NCBI GenBank assembly: GCA_963748015.1
Contig: CAVVHE010000005.1
Coordinates: 576,001-640,000, forward strand
Length of the DNA stretch: 64,000 nucleotides
Reading direction: 5' to 3'
Origin: Terriglobia bacterium
GTDB taxonomy: Bacteria; Acidobacteriota; Polarisedimenticolia; Polarisedimenticolales; JAIQFR01
A program made the translations under genes and the position numbers. The notes under the pieces were generated by a model. It was not told the origin of the DNA. It saw only the letters and a program-made list of their open reading frames with translations, and searched no databases. Shown here piece by piece: positions 28,547-37,718 of this stretch (its first letter is position 1; each line of letters begins with the position of its first letter).

Positions 28547-30071
28547 ATGCAGCCAAGAAAATATTCGCGGGTCGGATGGATCGCGGCCGCGATCCTGCTG
28601 CTCGCCGCGCTCCCCGCGGCGGCGCAGGATCTGGCCTCCTTCGAGAAGAACGTGACCGAGCACAAGCTGGCCAACGGTCTCACGTTCCTGATCTACCAGC
28701 GCCCCGGCGCCCCCGTGGTCTCGTTCTTCACCTACGCGAAGGTGGGGGCGGCGCAGGAGGTCCCGGGGATCACCGGGATCGCGCACATGTTCGAGCACAT
28801 GGCGTTCAAGGGAACCACGCAGATCGGGACCAACGACTGGAAGGGCGAGAAGACCGCGCTCGCGAAGGTCGACGAGACCTACCACGCCTACGACCTGGAG
28901 CGGCGCAAGACCGGCGGGCCCGACCCCGCCCGCCTCGAGCAGCTCAAGAAGGCGTGGAAGGACGCCCAGGAAGCCGCGGACAAGTTCATCGTGAAGAACG
29001 AGTTCGGCGAGATCATCGACCGGGAGGGAGGCGCCGGCCTGAACGCGGGGACCAGCTCCGACCAGACCGTCTACTTCTACTCCCTTCCCGCCAACAAGGT
29101 GGAGCTCTGGGCCCACCTCGAGTCGGAGCGCTTCCTCGACCCGGTGTTCCGCGAGTTCTACAAGGAGCGGGACGTGGTCATGGAGGAGCGGAGGCTCAGG
29201 ACCGAGAGCCAGCCGACCGGCCGCCTGATCGAGCAGTTCCTCTCCACCGCGTACCAGGCGCACCCCTACCACCAGCCGGTGGTCGGCTACATGAGCGACC
29301 TGATGTCGTTCTCGCGCGAGGACGCGGACCTCTTCCGCCGCACCTACTACGTCCCCTCGAACATGGTCATCGCGATCGCCGGGGACGTGAAGGCCGCCGA
29401 GATCATCCCGATCCTCGACAAGTACTTCGGCCGCCTCCCGGCCTCCCCGGCCCCGCCGGTGCTCCGCACCGAGGAGCCGAAGCAGATCGCGGAGAAGACC
29501 GTCACGCTGCCGGACAAGTCCCAGCCCATCTACGTCGAGGGATACCACCGCCCCGCCAGCACCGACAAGGACGACGCGGTGTACTCCGCGATCTCCGACG
29601 TGCTCTCCTCCGGCCGCTCCTCGCGCCTCTACCGCAGCCTCGTCCGCGACAAGAAGATCGCCGCCCAGGCGGTCGCGATGTCCGGCCTGCCCGGCGAGAA
29701 GTACCCGAGCCTGATGGTCTTCTTCGCGGTCCCGACCCCGGGGCACGCCAACGAGGAGGTCCAGAAGGCGATCCGCGAGGAGATCGAGAAGATCAAGAAC
29801 GAGCCCGTCTCGGACGAGGAGCTCCAGCGGGTGAAGACCCGCGCGAAGGCCGACCTGATCCGGGGTCTCGAGGGCGAACCAGGGGATCGCCGGGCAGCTG
29901 GCGACGTACCAGGCGCTCTACGGCGACTGGCGGGAGCTGTTCCGCGAGGTGGAGAAGATCGACAAGGTGACGAAGGACGACATCAAGCGCGTGGCCCAGT
30001 CCACCTTCGTCCCGACCAACCGCACCGTGGGGATGATCGTCAACACCGACTCCCCGTCGGCGAAGAACTAG
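28547..30071 (+). CDS. M16 (pitrilysin) zinc peptidase, catalytic subunit (frameshift near 29876)
   Basis: Signal peptide, HMFEHMAFKGT, NAGTS, ERDVVMEERR. C-terminus resumes after one extra G and ends at TAG 30069-30071. Confidence 0.9.
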
Positions 30072-30084
30072 GGGAGGGCGGACG

Positions 30085-32219
30085 ATGAGAACCACGACGT
30101 TCCGTGTCGCTGTCGCGGCGGCGCTCGCCGTGCTCCTGGCCGTGCCCGCGGCGGCCCAGGTGAAGAGCTACAAGAAGATCAAGTACCCGAAGCTCCCCGA
30201 CTTCAAGATCGAGAAGCCGGTGACCTACACCCTCGAGAACGGCATGACCGTGTTCCTCCTGGAGGACCGCGAGCTGCCGCTGATCTCGGTGACCGCCAGG
30301 ATCCGGACCGGCTCCGCCTGGGAGCCCGCCGAGAAGGCGGGCCTCGCCTCCCTGATGGGAACGGTGCAGCGGACCGGCGGCACGGAGGCCATGGAAGGCG
30401 ACGCCATCGACGACTACCTGGCGAACCGCGCGGCCACCGTCGAGACGGGCGTCGGCCGCGACTCCGGCTCCGCCTCGATGAACTGCCTCAAGGAGAACTT
30501 CGACGACGTCTTCAAGGTCTTCGCCGACGTGCTGCGCCGGCCGAAGTTCGCCCAGGAGAAGCTCGACCTCGCCAAGGTCCAGACGAACACGGGGATCGCG
30601 AGGAGAAACGACCAGGTGATGGGAATCCTGGGCCGCGAGTTCCCGCGCCTCGTCTTCGGCAACGACTCCCCCGCCGCGCGGTTCGAGGAGTACGCGACCG
30701 TCGGCGCCGTAACGCGCGACGACCTGGTAGCCTGGCACGGGAAGTACTACGTGCCGAGCAACGTCTACCTCGGGATCGTGGGGGACTTCGACACCGCGGA
30801 GATGAAGAAGAAGGTGGAGGCGGTGTTCGGCGACTGGAAGAAGGCGCCGGCAGCCGCGCTCCCCCCGTGCCGTACGCCAAGGACCCGAAGCCCGGGGTGT
30901 ACTTCATCGAGAAGTCCGACGTGAACCAGGCGTACGTGGTGATGGGGCACCTCGGCATCGAGCAGAAGAACCCGGACTACTTCGCCGTGCAGGTCATGAA
31001 CGAGGTCCTCGGCGGCGGCTTCGCGAGCCGGATGTTCAGCAACGTGCGGTCGAAGAAAGGGCTCGCGTACAACACGTTCGGTAGTCTCGGCGCCGACAAC
31101 TTCGTCCCGGGGCTGCTGCGCGCCGGCCTCCAGACCAAGTCGGAGTCCATGGCCCAGGGGGTCGAGGCGGTGAAGGCCGAGATCGTCGGCATCATCGAGA
31201 ACCCGCCCAAGGACGACGAACTGAAGCGCGCGAAGGACGCGATCCTCAACTCGTTCGTCTTCAATTACGACTCGAAGGCCAAGATCCTGAACCAGCAGAT
31301 GGCGTACGCCTTCTGGGGCTTCCCGGCCGACTATCTCGAGCAGTACCGCGCCAACATCGAGAAGGTGAAGAAGGACGACGTGGCGCGCGTCGCGAAGCAG
31401 TACGTCCATCCCGACAAGCTCGCGATCCTCGTGATCGGCAAGTCCGCCGACTTCGACAAGCCGGTCGCGAGCCTCGGCGCGGTCACCAACGTGGACATCG
31501 CGATCCCGCCGCCGGCGGACAAGGCGCCGAAGGTGGCGAAGAGCGCGGCGTCCCTCGCGGCGGGGCAGCAGCTCCTGGCGAAGGCCGCCGCGGCGCTCGG
31601 CGGGACGAACCCGGCCGACGTGAAGGCGATCGAGGCCAGCGCGAAGATGACGCTGAGCCTGGGCGGGCAGTCCATCCAGATGTCGCGTACCACCCTGATC
31701 GTGTTCCCCGACCGGATGCGGCAGGTCATGTCCACCCCGATGGGGGACCAGACCGTCGTCGTCACCGGCTCGGAGGGGTTCGCGATCGCGGGCGGGAAGA
31801 CGATGCCGCTCCCCGCGGCGTCGCTCGAGCGGCAAACCAAGGGAATGGCCCGCGACCTGCGGTTCCTCGTCCGCTATGCCTCGGACCCGTCGCTCGAGGC
31901 CGTCGCGGGCGGCGAGGACACCGTGGACGGGACGAAGTGCCAGGTCGTCGCGGTGACCTACAAGGGGACGGAGTCCAGGCTCTGCGTGGCTATGGACGGC
32001 AAGGTCCTGAAGCAGAGCTACCAGGGCGAGAACCCCATCACGAGAGCGCCGGGGCAGATCGAGGCCTACTACTCCGACTACCGCGCGGTCGAGGGACGGA
32101 TGGTCCCGTACAAGGAAGTCGTCAAGTCGGACGGGCAGGACGCGTTCTCCCTGACCCTCGAGTCGTTCAAGATCGACCCGCCGGTCGACGAGAAGCTGTT
32201 CGAGAAGCCGGCGGAATGA
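30085..32219 (+). CDS. M16 peptidase non-catalytic subunit with C-terminal extension (frameshift in C6 run at 30861)
   Basis: No HxxEH; LGGGFASRMFSNVRSKKGLAY; about 230 extra C-terminal residues. Confidence 0.85.
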
Positions 32220-32245
32220 CCGTTTGATCCCGGTTTCGTTTCGTG

Positions 32246-32276
32246 GAGGGCCCCGCTCGCGGGGCCCTCTTCCTTT
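32246..32276 (+). terminator. Intrinsic terminator
   Basis: GAGGGCCCCGC-TC-GCGGGGCCCTC followed by TTCCTTT, downstream of the M16 operon. Confidence 0.7.
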
Positions 32277-32295
32277 CGGGTAGGATCCTGCTTCG

Positions 32296-33018
32296 ATGCG
32301 CTACCGGTGCGTTCTCCTCGACGCGGGCGAGACGCTGTTCGGGCCGCGGGAATCCTTCGGCGCGGTGTACGCGCGGGTCTTGGCGCCGCTCGGGCTCGTT
32401 CGCCCGGCGGAGGTCTTCGAGTCCGCGATCCGCGAATCGTGGCGCGAGATGGACCGGCTCGTGCCCCGCGGGGCGGACCGGTACGCCTTCTTCCCGGGAG
32501 GCGAGGACGCATACTGGCTCCGTTTCGCACGCGGGGCCGTCGAGCGGGCCGCCGGTGCCGACGCGGCGGACGGGTTCGTCGAGGCGGCTCTCGAGCCGCT
32601 GCGGGCGGCGTTCCGCGAGCCCGGGGCGTGGCTCGTCTATCCCGACGTGAGACCGGCGCTGTCGCTGCTCCGACTCTCGGGGGCTTCGCTCGCGGTAGTC
32701 TCGAACTGGGATTCGCGCCTGCCCTACCTGCTGGACGTCTTGGACCTCGACGGCCTTTTCGACGCGGTGGTTTTCTCCCACAGGATCGGGGTCGAGAAGC
32801 CGGACCCTCGCATCTTCCGGAGCGCGCTCGACGCGGTCGGCGCGGCGCCTCGCGATGCGCTCCACGTGGGGGACGTGCCGGAGCTGGACCTCGAAGGGGC
32901 CCGCTCGGCGGGAATCGACTGCGTGCTCGTGGACCGGCGCTCTCGCCTCGACCCGGCGCTCGGGGCCCTCTCCGACCTCTCGGCGCTGCCGCGGATCGTG
33001 AGGAGCGGCCTGCCCTGA
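32296..33018 (+). CDS. HAD-IA family hydrolase
   Basis: LLDAGETL, VSNWD, EKPDPRIF, HVGD...D. Confidence 0.9.
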   Translation: MRYRCVLLDAGETLFGPRESFGAVYARVLAPLGLVRPAEVFESAIRESWREMDRLVPRGADRYAFFPGGEDAYWLRFARGAVERAAGADAADGFVEAALEPLRAAFREPGAWLVYPDVRPALSLLRLSGASLAVVSNWDSRLPYLLDVLDLDGLFDAVVFSHRIGVEKPDPRIFRSALDAVGAAPRDALHVGDVPELDLEGARSAGIDCVLVDRRSRLDPALGALSDLSALPRIVRSGLP

Positions 33019-33025
33019 CCGGCGA

Positions 33026-34111
33026 TCAGGACTTCACGAACTGCTTCTTCTTCTCCTCGAAGGTCTTGGAGTAGTCGGTCTCGCCCGAGAAGAGCACGGA
33101 GTCGATCACCCCGTCGGGGCGAATGATGAAGATCGTCGGGGTGGACGTCACCATGAACAACGTACCGAGCCTGAGCTCCTTGTCCATGACGGTCGGGAAG
33201 ACGAACGCCTCCTGCTTGCAGTATTCCTCGGTCTGCGTCCGCGCGGCGTCGCTCAGGACCTTGGCCGCGGTCACGACGTTGATCCCTTCCGGATGCGCCT
33301 TCACGTACGCGTTGATCTGCGGAAGCGACTTGCGACAGTGCGGACAGTCCTCCGCCCAGAAGATGAGCACGTTGAGCTTGTTCGGGGCCAGCAGGCTCGA
33401 CGTGTTGCGCACGGCGCCGCTGCCGACGAGCGGCGCCTCGAAGTCCGGGCATTTCTTTCCGACCAGCTCGACCGCCGGGAAGTACGGCGGAAGCACGCCG
33501 TAGCTGCCCACGCGGCCGGTTTCCGCGAGGCGCCTCAGTGCCCCGGCGACGTCCATCTTGTACTCGATCACCTGCTTGAGTCCGCCGGCGTTGGTCATCC
33601 GGAGGCGGCCCTCGGCGTCGAGCGCGGACACGTTCGGGACGGAACGCACGGCGAGGAGGCGACCGATCTTGAACCCGTCGTCCTGGAGCACCGGTATGTG
33701 GATCTTGAGCGCCGCGATCCGCTCCTTGGTGACCTTGAGCCAGTTCTGCGCCGCCGCCTCGCTCGCGCCGACCGGCGCGGTCACGACGCCGTAGACGGCC
33801 AGCTTCGAAGGACCGGCAGCGTCCGCGAGCTCCTGGACACCCAGCAGGGTCTCCTCCGCGCGGGGGTGCTGCGGGATCCAGTAGCAGAGCACGACGGGCG
33901 TCTTGCCGATCACGCCCTTGAGGTCGATCCTCGGCTCGCCGCCCGCACCCGGGTTGAGGTTGACATACGTCCCCGCCGGGAACACCTCGCCGAAAGCGGC
34001 CGTTGCCTGCGGGGAGGTCTCGGCGGGAGCGCCGAGGACGAGCGTCGAGACGGAAAGGGTCAGGGTCAGCAGGCTCAGGGCCGCCGCCCGGGAAGGCCGA
34101 CTCATCCGCAT
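33026..34111 (-). CDS. Secreted tandem thioredoxin-fold (TlpA/redoxin-like) protein
   Basis: Two redoxin-like domains; FWAEDCPHC in the second, YWIPQHPRA at the equivalent position in the first. Confidence 0.8.
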   Translation of the reverse strand: MRMSRPSRAAALSLLTLTLSVSTLVLGAPAETSPQATAAFGEVFPAGTYVNLNPGAGGEPRIDLKGVIGKTPVVLCYWIPQHPRAEETLLGVQELADAAGPSKLAVYGVVTAPVGASEAAAQNWLKVTKERIAALKIHIPVLQDDGFKIGRLLAVRSVPNVSALDAEGRLRMTNAGGLKQVIEYKMDVAGALRRLAETGRVGSYGVLPPYFPAVELVGKKCPDFEAPLVGSGAVRNTSSLLAPNKLNVLIFWAEDCPHCRKSLPQINAYVKAHPEGINVVTAAKVLSDAARTQTEEYCKQEAFVFPTVMDKELRLGTLFMVTSTPTIFIIRPDGVIDSVLFSGETDYSKTFEEKKKQFVKS

Positions 34112-34258
34112 GGTGTCCTCACCTTTTCGATGGCGCCGAGAATAGGGCGCGTTGAATTATGCGGACAGTTGCTCTTTTCTTCAAACGGTCCCGGCGACTC
34201 TCTCGCTCGGATCCGGAAAGAGCTTTCGTCTTACATTCGCAAATTTCGATTTTCGGGG

Positions 34259-34287
34259 TTGTCCCGAGGCGATCGGGGATTTATAGT
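34259..34287 (+). promoter_or_regulatory. Sigma70-type promoter, possibly producing a leaderless mRNA
   Basis: TTGTCC-17 nt-TATAGT, with ATG 7 nt downstream. Confidence 0.55.
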
Positions 34288-34294
34288 CCCCGCG

Positions 34295-35176
34295 ATGCGA
34301 CGAGGGGATGGTGTCTGCCCCGTCTCGAGGAGGGGGTTCTCTGCTCCCTTCGGTGCGCTCGTGTCGGCGTTGGCGATAGGGATCCTCATGACCCCGGGGT
34401 GCGCCGGGGTCCACCGGACCCAGGTCGAGACGAGCGCGCCGGCGGCGGAGCAGGCCACGGCCGTTGCGCCGGGTGCCGATGTCGCGGCCGCCACGAGGGG
34501 AGCCACGGGGAATGCGCGCGCCGAGGACGGCGACTCGCCGCAGGGCGTGTTCCATCGCGTCGAGCCCGGCCAGACCCTCTGGCGGATCGCGCGGGTCTAC
34601 GCCGTACCGCTCGAGGAGCTTCGCGAGGTCAATGGCCTCGATGACGCGGGCCGGCTGGAAATCGGCCAGGACCTGTTCGTCCCGGGGGCCACTTCCGTCA
34701 TGGCGGTGCCGCCGTACCCGTCGCCGCTCCCGCTCGTCCCGGTGCCCCTGCCGAGGGCCTTTGCCCCGCCGGCTCGCGACCTCGGCTTCGAATGGCCCGT
34801 GGCCGGCGGCCAGGTGATCTCCTACTTCGGCGCGCGCCGCAGGACCCACCGGCACGCGGGGATCGACATCGGAGGCGACCGCGGACAGGAGATCCTCGCG
34901 GCGCGCAGCGGGGTCGTCACGTTCAGCGGGCGCACGAAGACCGGCTACGGAAAGCTCGTCATCCTCGACCACGGCAGCGGCATCGAGTCGCTCTACGCCC
35001 ACGATCAGGACGTCCTGGTTCGGATCGGCGACAAGGTGGACAAGGGGCAGCCGATCGCCCGCCTCGGGCGGTCGGGCAACGCGACGACCCCCCATTGCCA
35101 CTTCGAGATCCGCAAGGACCGTATCCCGGTCGATCCGCTCCTGTACGTGTCCCGGCTGGCCGAGAACCGCCCGTGA
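34295..35176 (+). CDS. LysM + M23 peptidase (NlpD-like lipoprotein)
   Basis: Possible lipobox (TPGC); LysM HRVEPGQTLWRIA; M23 HAGID and HCHFEIR. Confidence 0.88.
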   Translation: MRRGDGVCPVSRRGFSAPFGALVSALAIGILMTPGCAGVHRTQVETSAPAAEQATAVAPGADVAAATRGATGNARAEDGDSPQGVFHRVEPGQTLWRIARVYAVPLEELREVNGLDDAGRLEIGQDLFVPGATSVMAVPPYPSPLPLVPVPLPRAFAPPARDLGFEWPVAGGQVISYFGARRRTHRHAGIDIGGDRGQEILAARSGVVTFSGRTKTGYGKLVILDHGSGIESLYAHDQDVLVRIGDKVDKGQPIARLGRSGNATTPHCHFEIRKDRIPVDPLLYVSRLAENRP

Positions 35177-35877
35177 AGATCGAGATCCGCTGCTCCGGTT
35201 GCGGGCGCGGCTACCTGATCGACGAGGCCAAGATCCCCGCGGCAGGCGGAGTCGTCGCCTGCAAGGCGTGCGGCGGAGGCATCGAGCTCCCGAAGCGCGA
35301 CGCTCCCGCTGCCGGGCCCCCGCCGCCGAGGACCGCGCCGCCCGCCCCGTCCTCGCCGACGGCACGCCCCGCGCGCGCGGGAGCCGACGATCCGGCGGCC
35401 GCCGCGGGACAGGTCGTCTGTCCCCGGTGCGCCCTGCATTTCGTGCCGGGAAAGACCGTGTCCGCCGCCCCGGCCTCGTGCCGCGCGACCGTCCTGGTCG
35501 TCGAGGACATGGAGTACTTCCGCGAGATCGCGACGGACGCGCTCTCGCCGAAGTACGACGTCAAGACCGCCACGTCGCTCGAGGAGGCGCGCCAGGCGCT
35601 GTCGGCCGGGGGGATCAACCTGATCCTCCTCGACCTGACGCTCGACCGCGGCGAGGAGGGGCTCTCGCTCCTTCGAGACCTGCCCTTCAAGCCCTGCCCG
35701 GTGATCATCTACACCGCGGAGGACGAGACCGAGATGTACGGCGAGTCGTGGGACCGGCTGCGCGCCTTGGGCGTCGACGACCTCGTGATCAAGGGAATCA
35801 ACGTGGGCGAGTCGCTGGCCAGGAAGGTCGCCGTGCTCCTCGGCGAGCCGGAGCCGCCGGAACCCACCGGACGCTAG
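35173..35877 (+). CDS. MJ0042-type zinc-ribbon protein with C-terminal receiver domain
   Basis: CSGC...CKAC, Pro-rich linker, CPRC, then VEDME...LLDL...YTA...K; GTGA overlap with upstream stop. Confidence 0.8.
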   Translation: MKIEIRCSGCGRGYLIDEAKIPAAGGVVACKACGGGIELPKRDAPAAGPPPPRTAPPAPSSPTARPARAGADDPAAAAGQVVCPRCALHFVPGKTVSAAPASCRATVLVVEDMEYFREIATDALSPKYDVKTATSLEEARQALSAGGINLILLDLTLDRGEEGLSLLRDLPFKPCPVIIYTAEDETEMYGESWDRLRALGVDDLVIKGINVGESLARKVAVLLGEPEPPEPTGR

Positions 35878-36632
35878 AAGTGCCAGCTCGCGCCGGCGAA
35901 GAAGTACATTCCGTCTAGCTTCAGGTTCTGGCTCGCGAGCTCGGAAGCGGCCACGTACGAGTTGTTCACGTCCGCGTCCGCCCAGGAGTAACGGCCCTCG
36001 AACAGCAGGTTCCAGCTGCGACTCATGGGGATCTCGACCCCCGCGAGAACGTGGACCTCGAGTGCCGTGCCGTCATCCCCCATGTCGGCGTACTGGTTCT
36101 CGTAGTCGCCGGTATCGGTGTTCTGGTAGATGAAGTACCCGTACTCGTTGTAGTCCCAGAACAGGAGGCCGACGCCGGCTCCGAAGTAGGGAACGGGCTG
36201 GTGGACCCGGTGCTGGCCCTTGCCGCGGTAGCTGTACCGCCCCGCGGGCAAGAATCGGAAATCGAACGTCACGGGGCTCAGCCGGAGCTGCGTGTCGTGA
36301 GGCGGGTTGAGCCCCGGCGCTCCTTCGAAGCCGCGATCGTAGGACCCCGCCGTCGACTCGTACCAGTCGACGTTGAAGCCGACCTCGAAGTTGTTGTTGA
36401 CCCCCGCGATGAAGCTGAATCCGAGCGCCGCGTCGTTGAAGTCGCTGGCGTCGAGGGTGAAGATCTGCTCGTTGTTGTCCCAGAGCTGTCCGCCGCCCGC
36501 CGGCAGGAAACCGCCGAGGCGAAACTGGAAGCCGTAGCCGCCGGGCTCTCGGCCGGGGGACCCCGCGTGGGCCGGAGCGGCGGCAGCCAGGACGAGTACC
36601 AGGACCGCAAGACCGGGCAGTGCGCGCTTCAT
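35874..36632 (-). CDS. Outer-membrane beta-barrel protein
   Basis: Signal peptide, PYFGAGVG, FEGRYSW, C-terminal WHF. Confidence 0.8.
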   Translation of the reverse strand: MKRALPGLAVLVLVLAAAAPAHAGSPGREPGGYGFQFRLGGFLPAGGGQLWDNNEQIFTLDASDFNDAALGFSFIAGVNNNFEVGFNVDWYESTAGSYDRGFEGAPGLNPPHDTQLRLSPVTFDFRFLPAGRYSYRGKGQHRVHQPVPYFGAGVGLLFWDYNEYGYFIYQNTDTGDYENQYADMGDDGTALEVHVLAGVEIPMSRSWNLLFEGRYSWADADVNNSYVAASELASQNLKLDGMYFFAGASWHF

Positions 36633-36698
36633 GTTCCCTCCGTCGGCCGGCCCCCGCTCTGCGAGGCGGGTATCGAAGTGGCGGCCGATCGGAGGAAT

Positions 36699-36714
36699 TG
36701 CAATCGCCGCGCCA
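36699..36714 (-). promoter_or_regulatory. Sigma54 -24/-12 promoter
   Basis: Minus strand TGGCGCG-GCGA-TTGCA upstream of the beta-barrel gene. Confidence 0.7.
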
Positions 36715-36808
36715 CGTCACGGCGCCAAAAAGTGCGCCGCGGCGCGGCATCGGGGCCGCGCGGTGTCCCTCGCGTGGGACACCGCGCGGGGACAGTCCGG
36801 GAAGATAT

Positions 36809-37675
36809 CTAGGGGCGGACGGTGACCTGGGCGGCCTGGTCGAGCTTCAGGGTGATGGCCGTCCCCGCGGGGATCTCGACCTCCTGACCCTGGGTCTTCG
36901 ACGCGATCGCGGTGCCCGCCGCGGCGCCGACGATGGCGCCGAGGACCGTCCCCTTGCCCCTGTCGCCCTTGCTCAGCATCCGGCCGAGCACCGCGCCGCC
37001 CGCGGTGGCCCCGCCGATCGTCGCGGCGTCCTTTCCCGTCTCGCTCTTCCCCGTCTCGGCGAACGACGCGGAGATCGGGGCGCTGCGGCCCGAGGTGAGC
37101 TCGAGCTTGTTGAAAGCGAGCGCGAGCTTGGCCTGCCCGCCGATCTTCTTCAGCGAGACGGCCTCGGTGACGCTGCCCACGACCACCGAGCCGGCGGGAA
37201 TCACGACGATGCCGTCTTGCAGCACGTCCTTCGCGACGCGCGCCCGGAAGCTGTCGCCGGCCTGGCTCGACTTGCTCGACACGCCGTCCAGGAACGAGAC
37301 CTCGATCGCGGTTCCCGCGGGAACGGTCTTGATGATCGGCTCGGGCTGGGGAGGCGGCTCGGCCGCCGCCACCGGCGGCGGCGCCGTGGTCCGGCCGGCT
37401 TCCTCGCCCTGAGGCTTCGGTGCGGGCCTCTGGGCGGGCTTCTGGGTGGGCTTGGGCGCCTGCGCGACGGCCGGCGGCGGCTCCGCCGGGGCTGCGGCGG
37501 GAGGCGCCGCGGGCTCGGCCTGCTGCGCCGGGGGCTGCTGGACGGGCGGCTGGGCCTGCTCGACGGCGGCCGGCGGAGCCTGCTGCTGCGCCCCACCGCC
37601 GCAGGCAACGGCCGCGAGCGCGGCCGCGGCGATCAACGTCAACGGGAACCACGCGGTAGCTAGCCGACGATTCAT
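36809..37675 (-). CDS. Pro-rich lipoprotein with TrbI/VirB10-like C-terminal domain and glycine zipper
   Basis: AVAC lipobox, PAGT...GDSFRARV...IPAGS, GAVLG/GAIVG zipper. Confidence 0.7.
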   Translation of the reverse strand: MNRRLATAWFPLTLIAAAALAAVACGGGAQQQAPPAAVEQAQPPVQQPPAQQAEPAAPPAAAPAEPPPAVAQAPKPTQKPAQRPAPKPQGEEAGRTTAPPPVAAAEPPPQPEPIIKTVPAGTAIEVSFLDGVSSKSSQAGDSFRARVAKDVLQDGIVVIPAGSVVVGSVTEAVSLKKIGGQAKLALAFNKLELTSGRSAPISASFAETGKSETGKDAATIGGATAGGAVLGRMLSKGDRGKGTVLGAIVGAAAGTAIASKTQGQEVEIPAGTAITLKLDQAAQVTVRP

Positions 37676-37718
37676 GGATCGACCTCCTTCAAGGAAAGAA
37701 CTTCGTCTTCTGCGGTCC

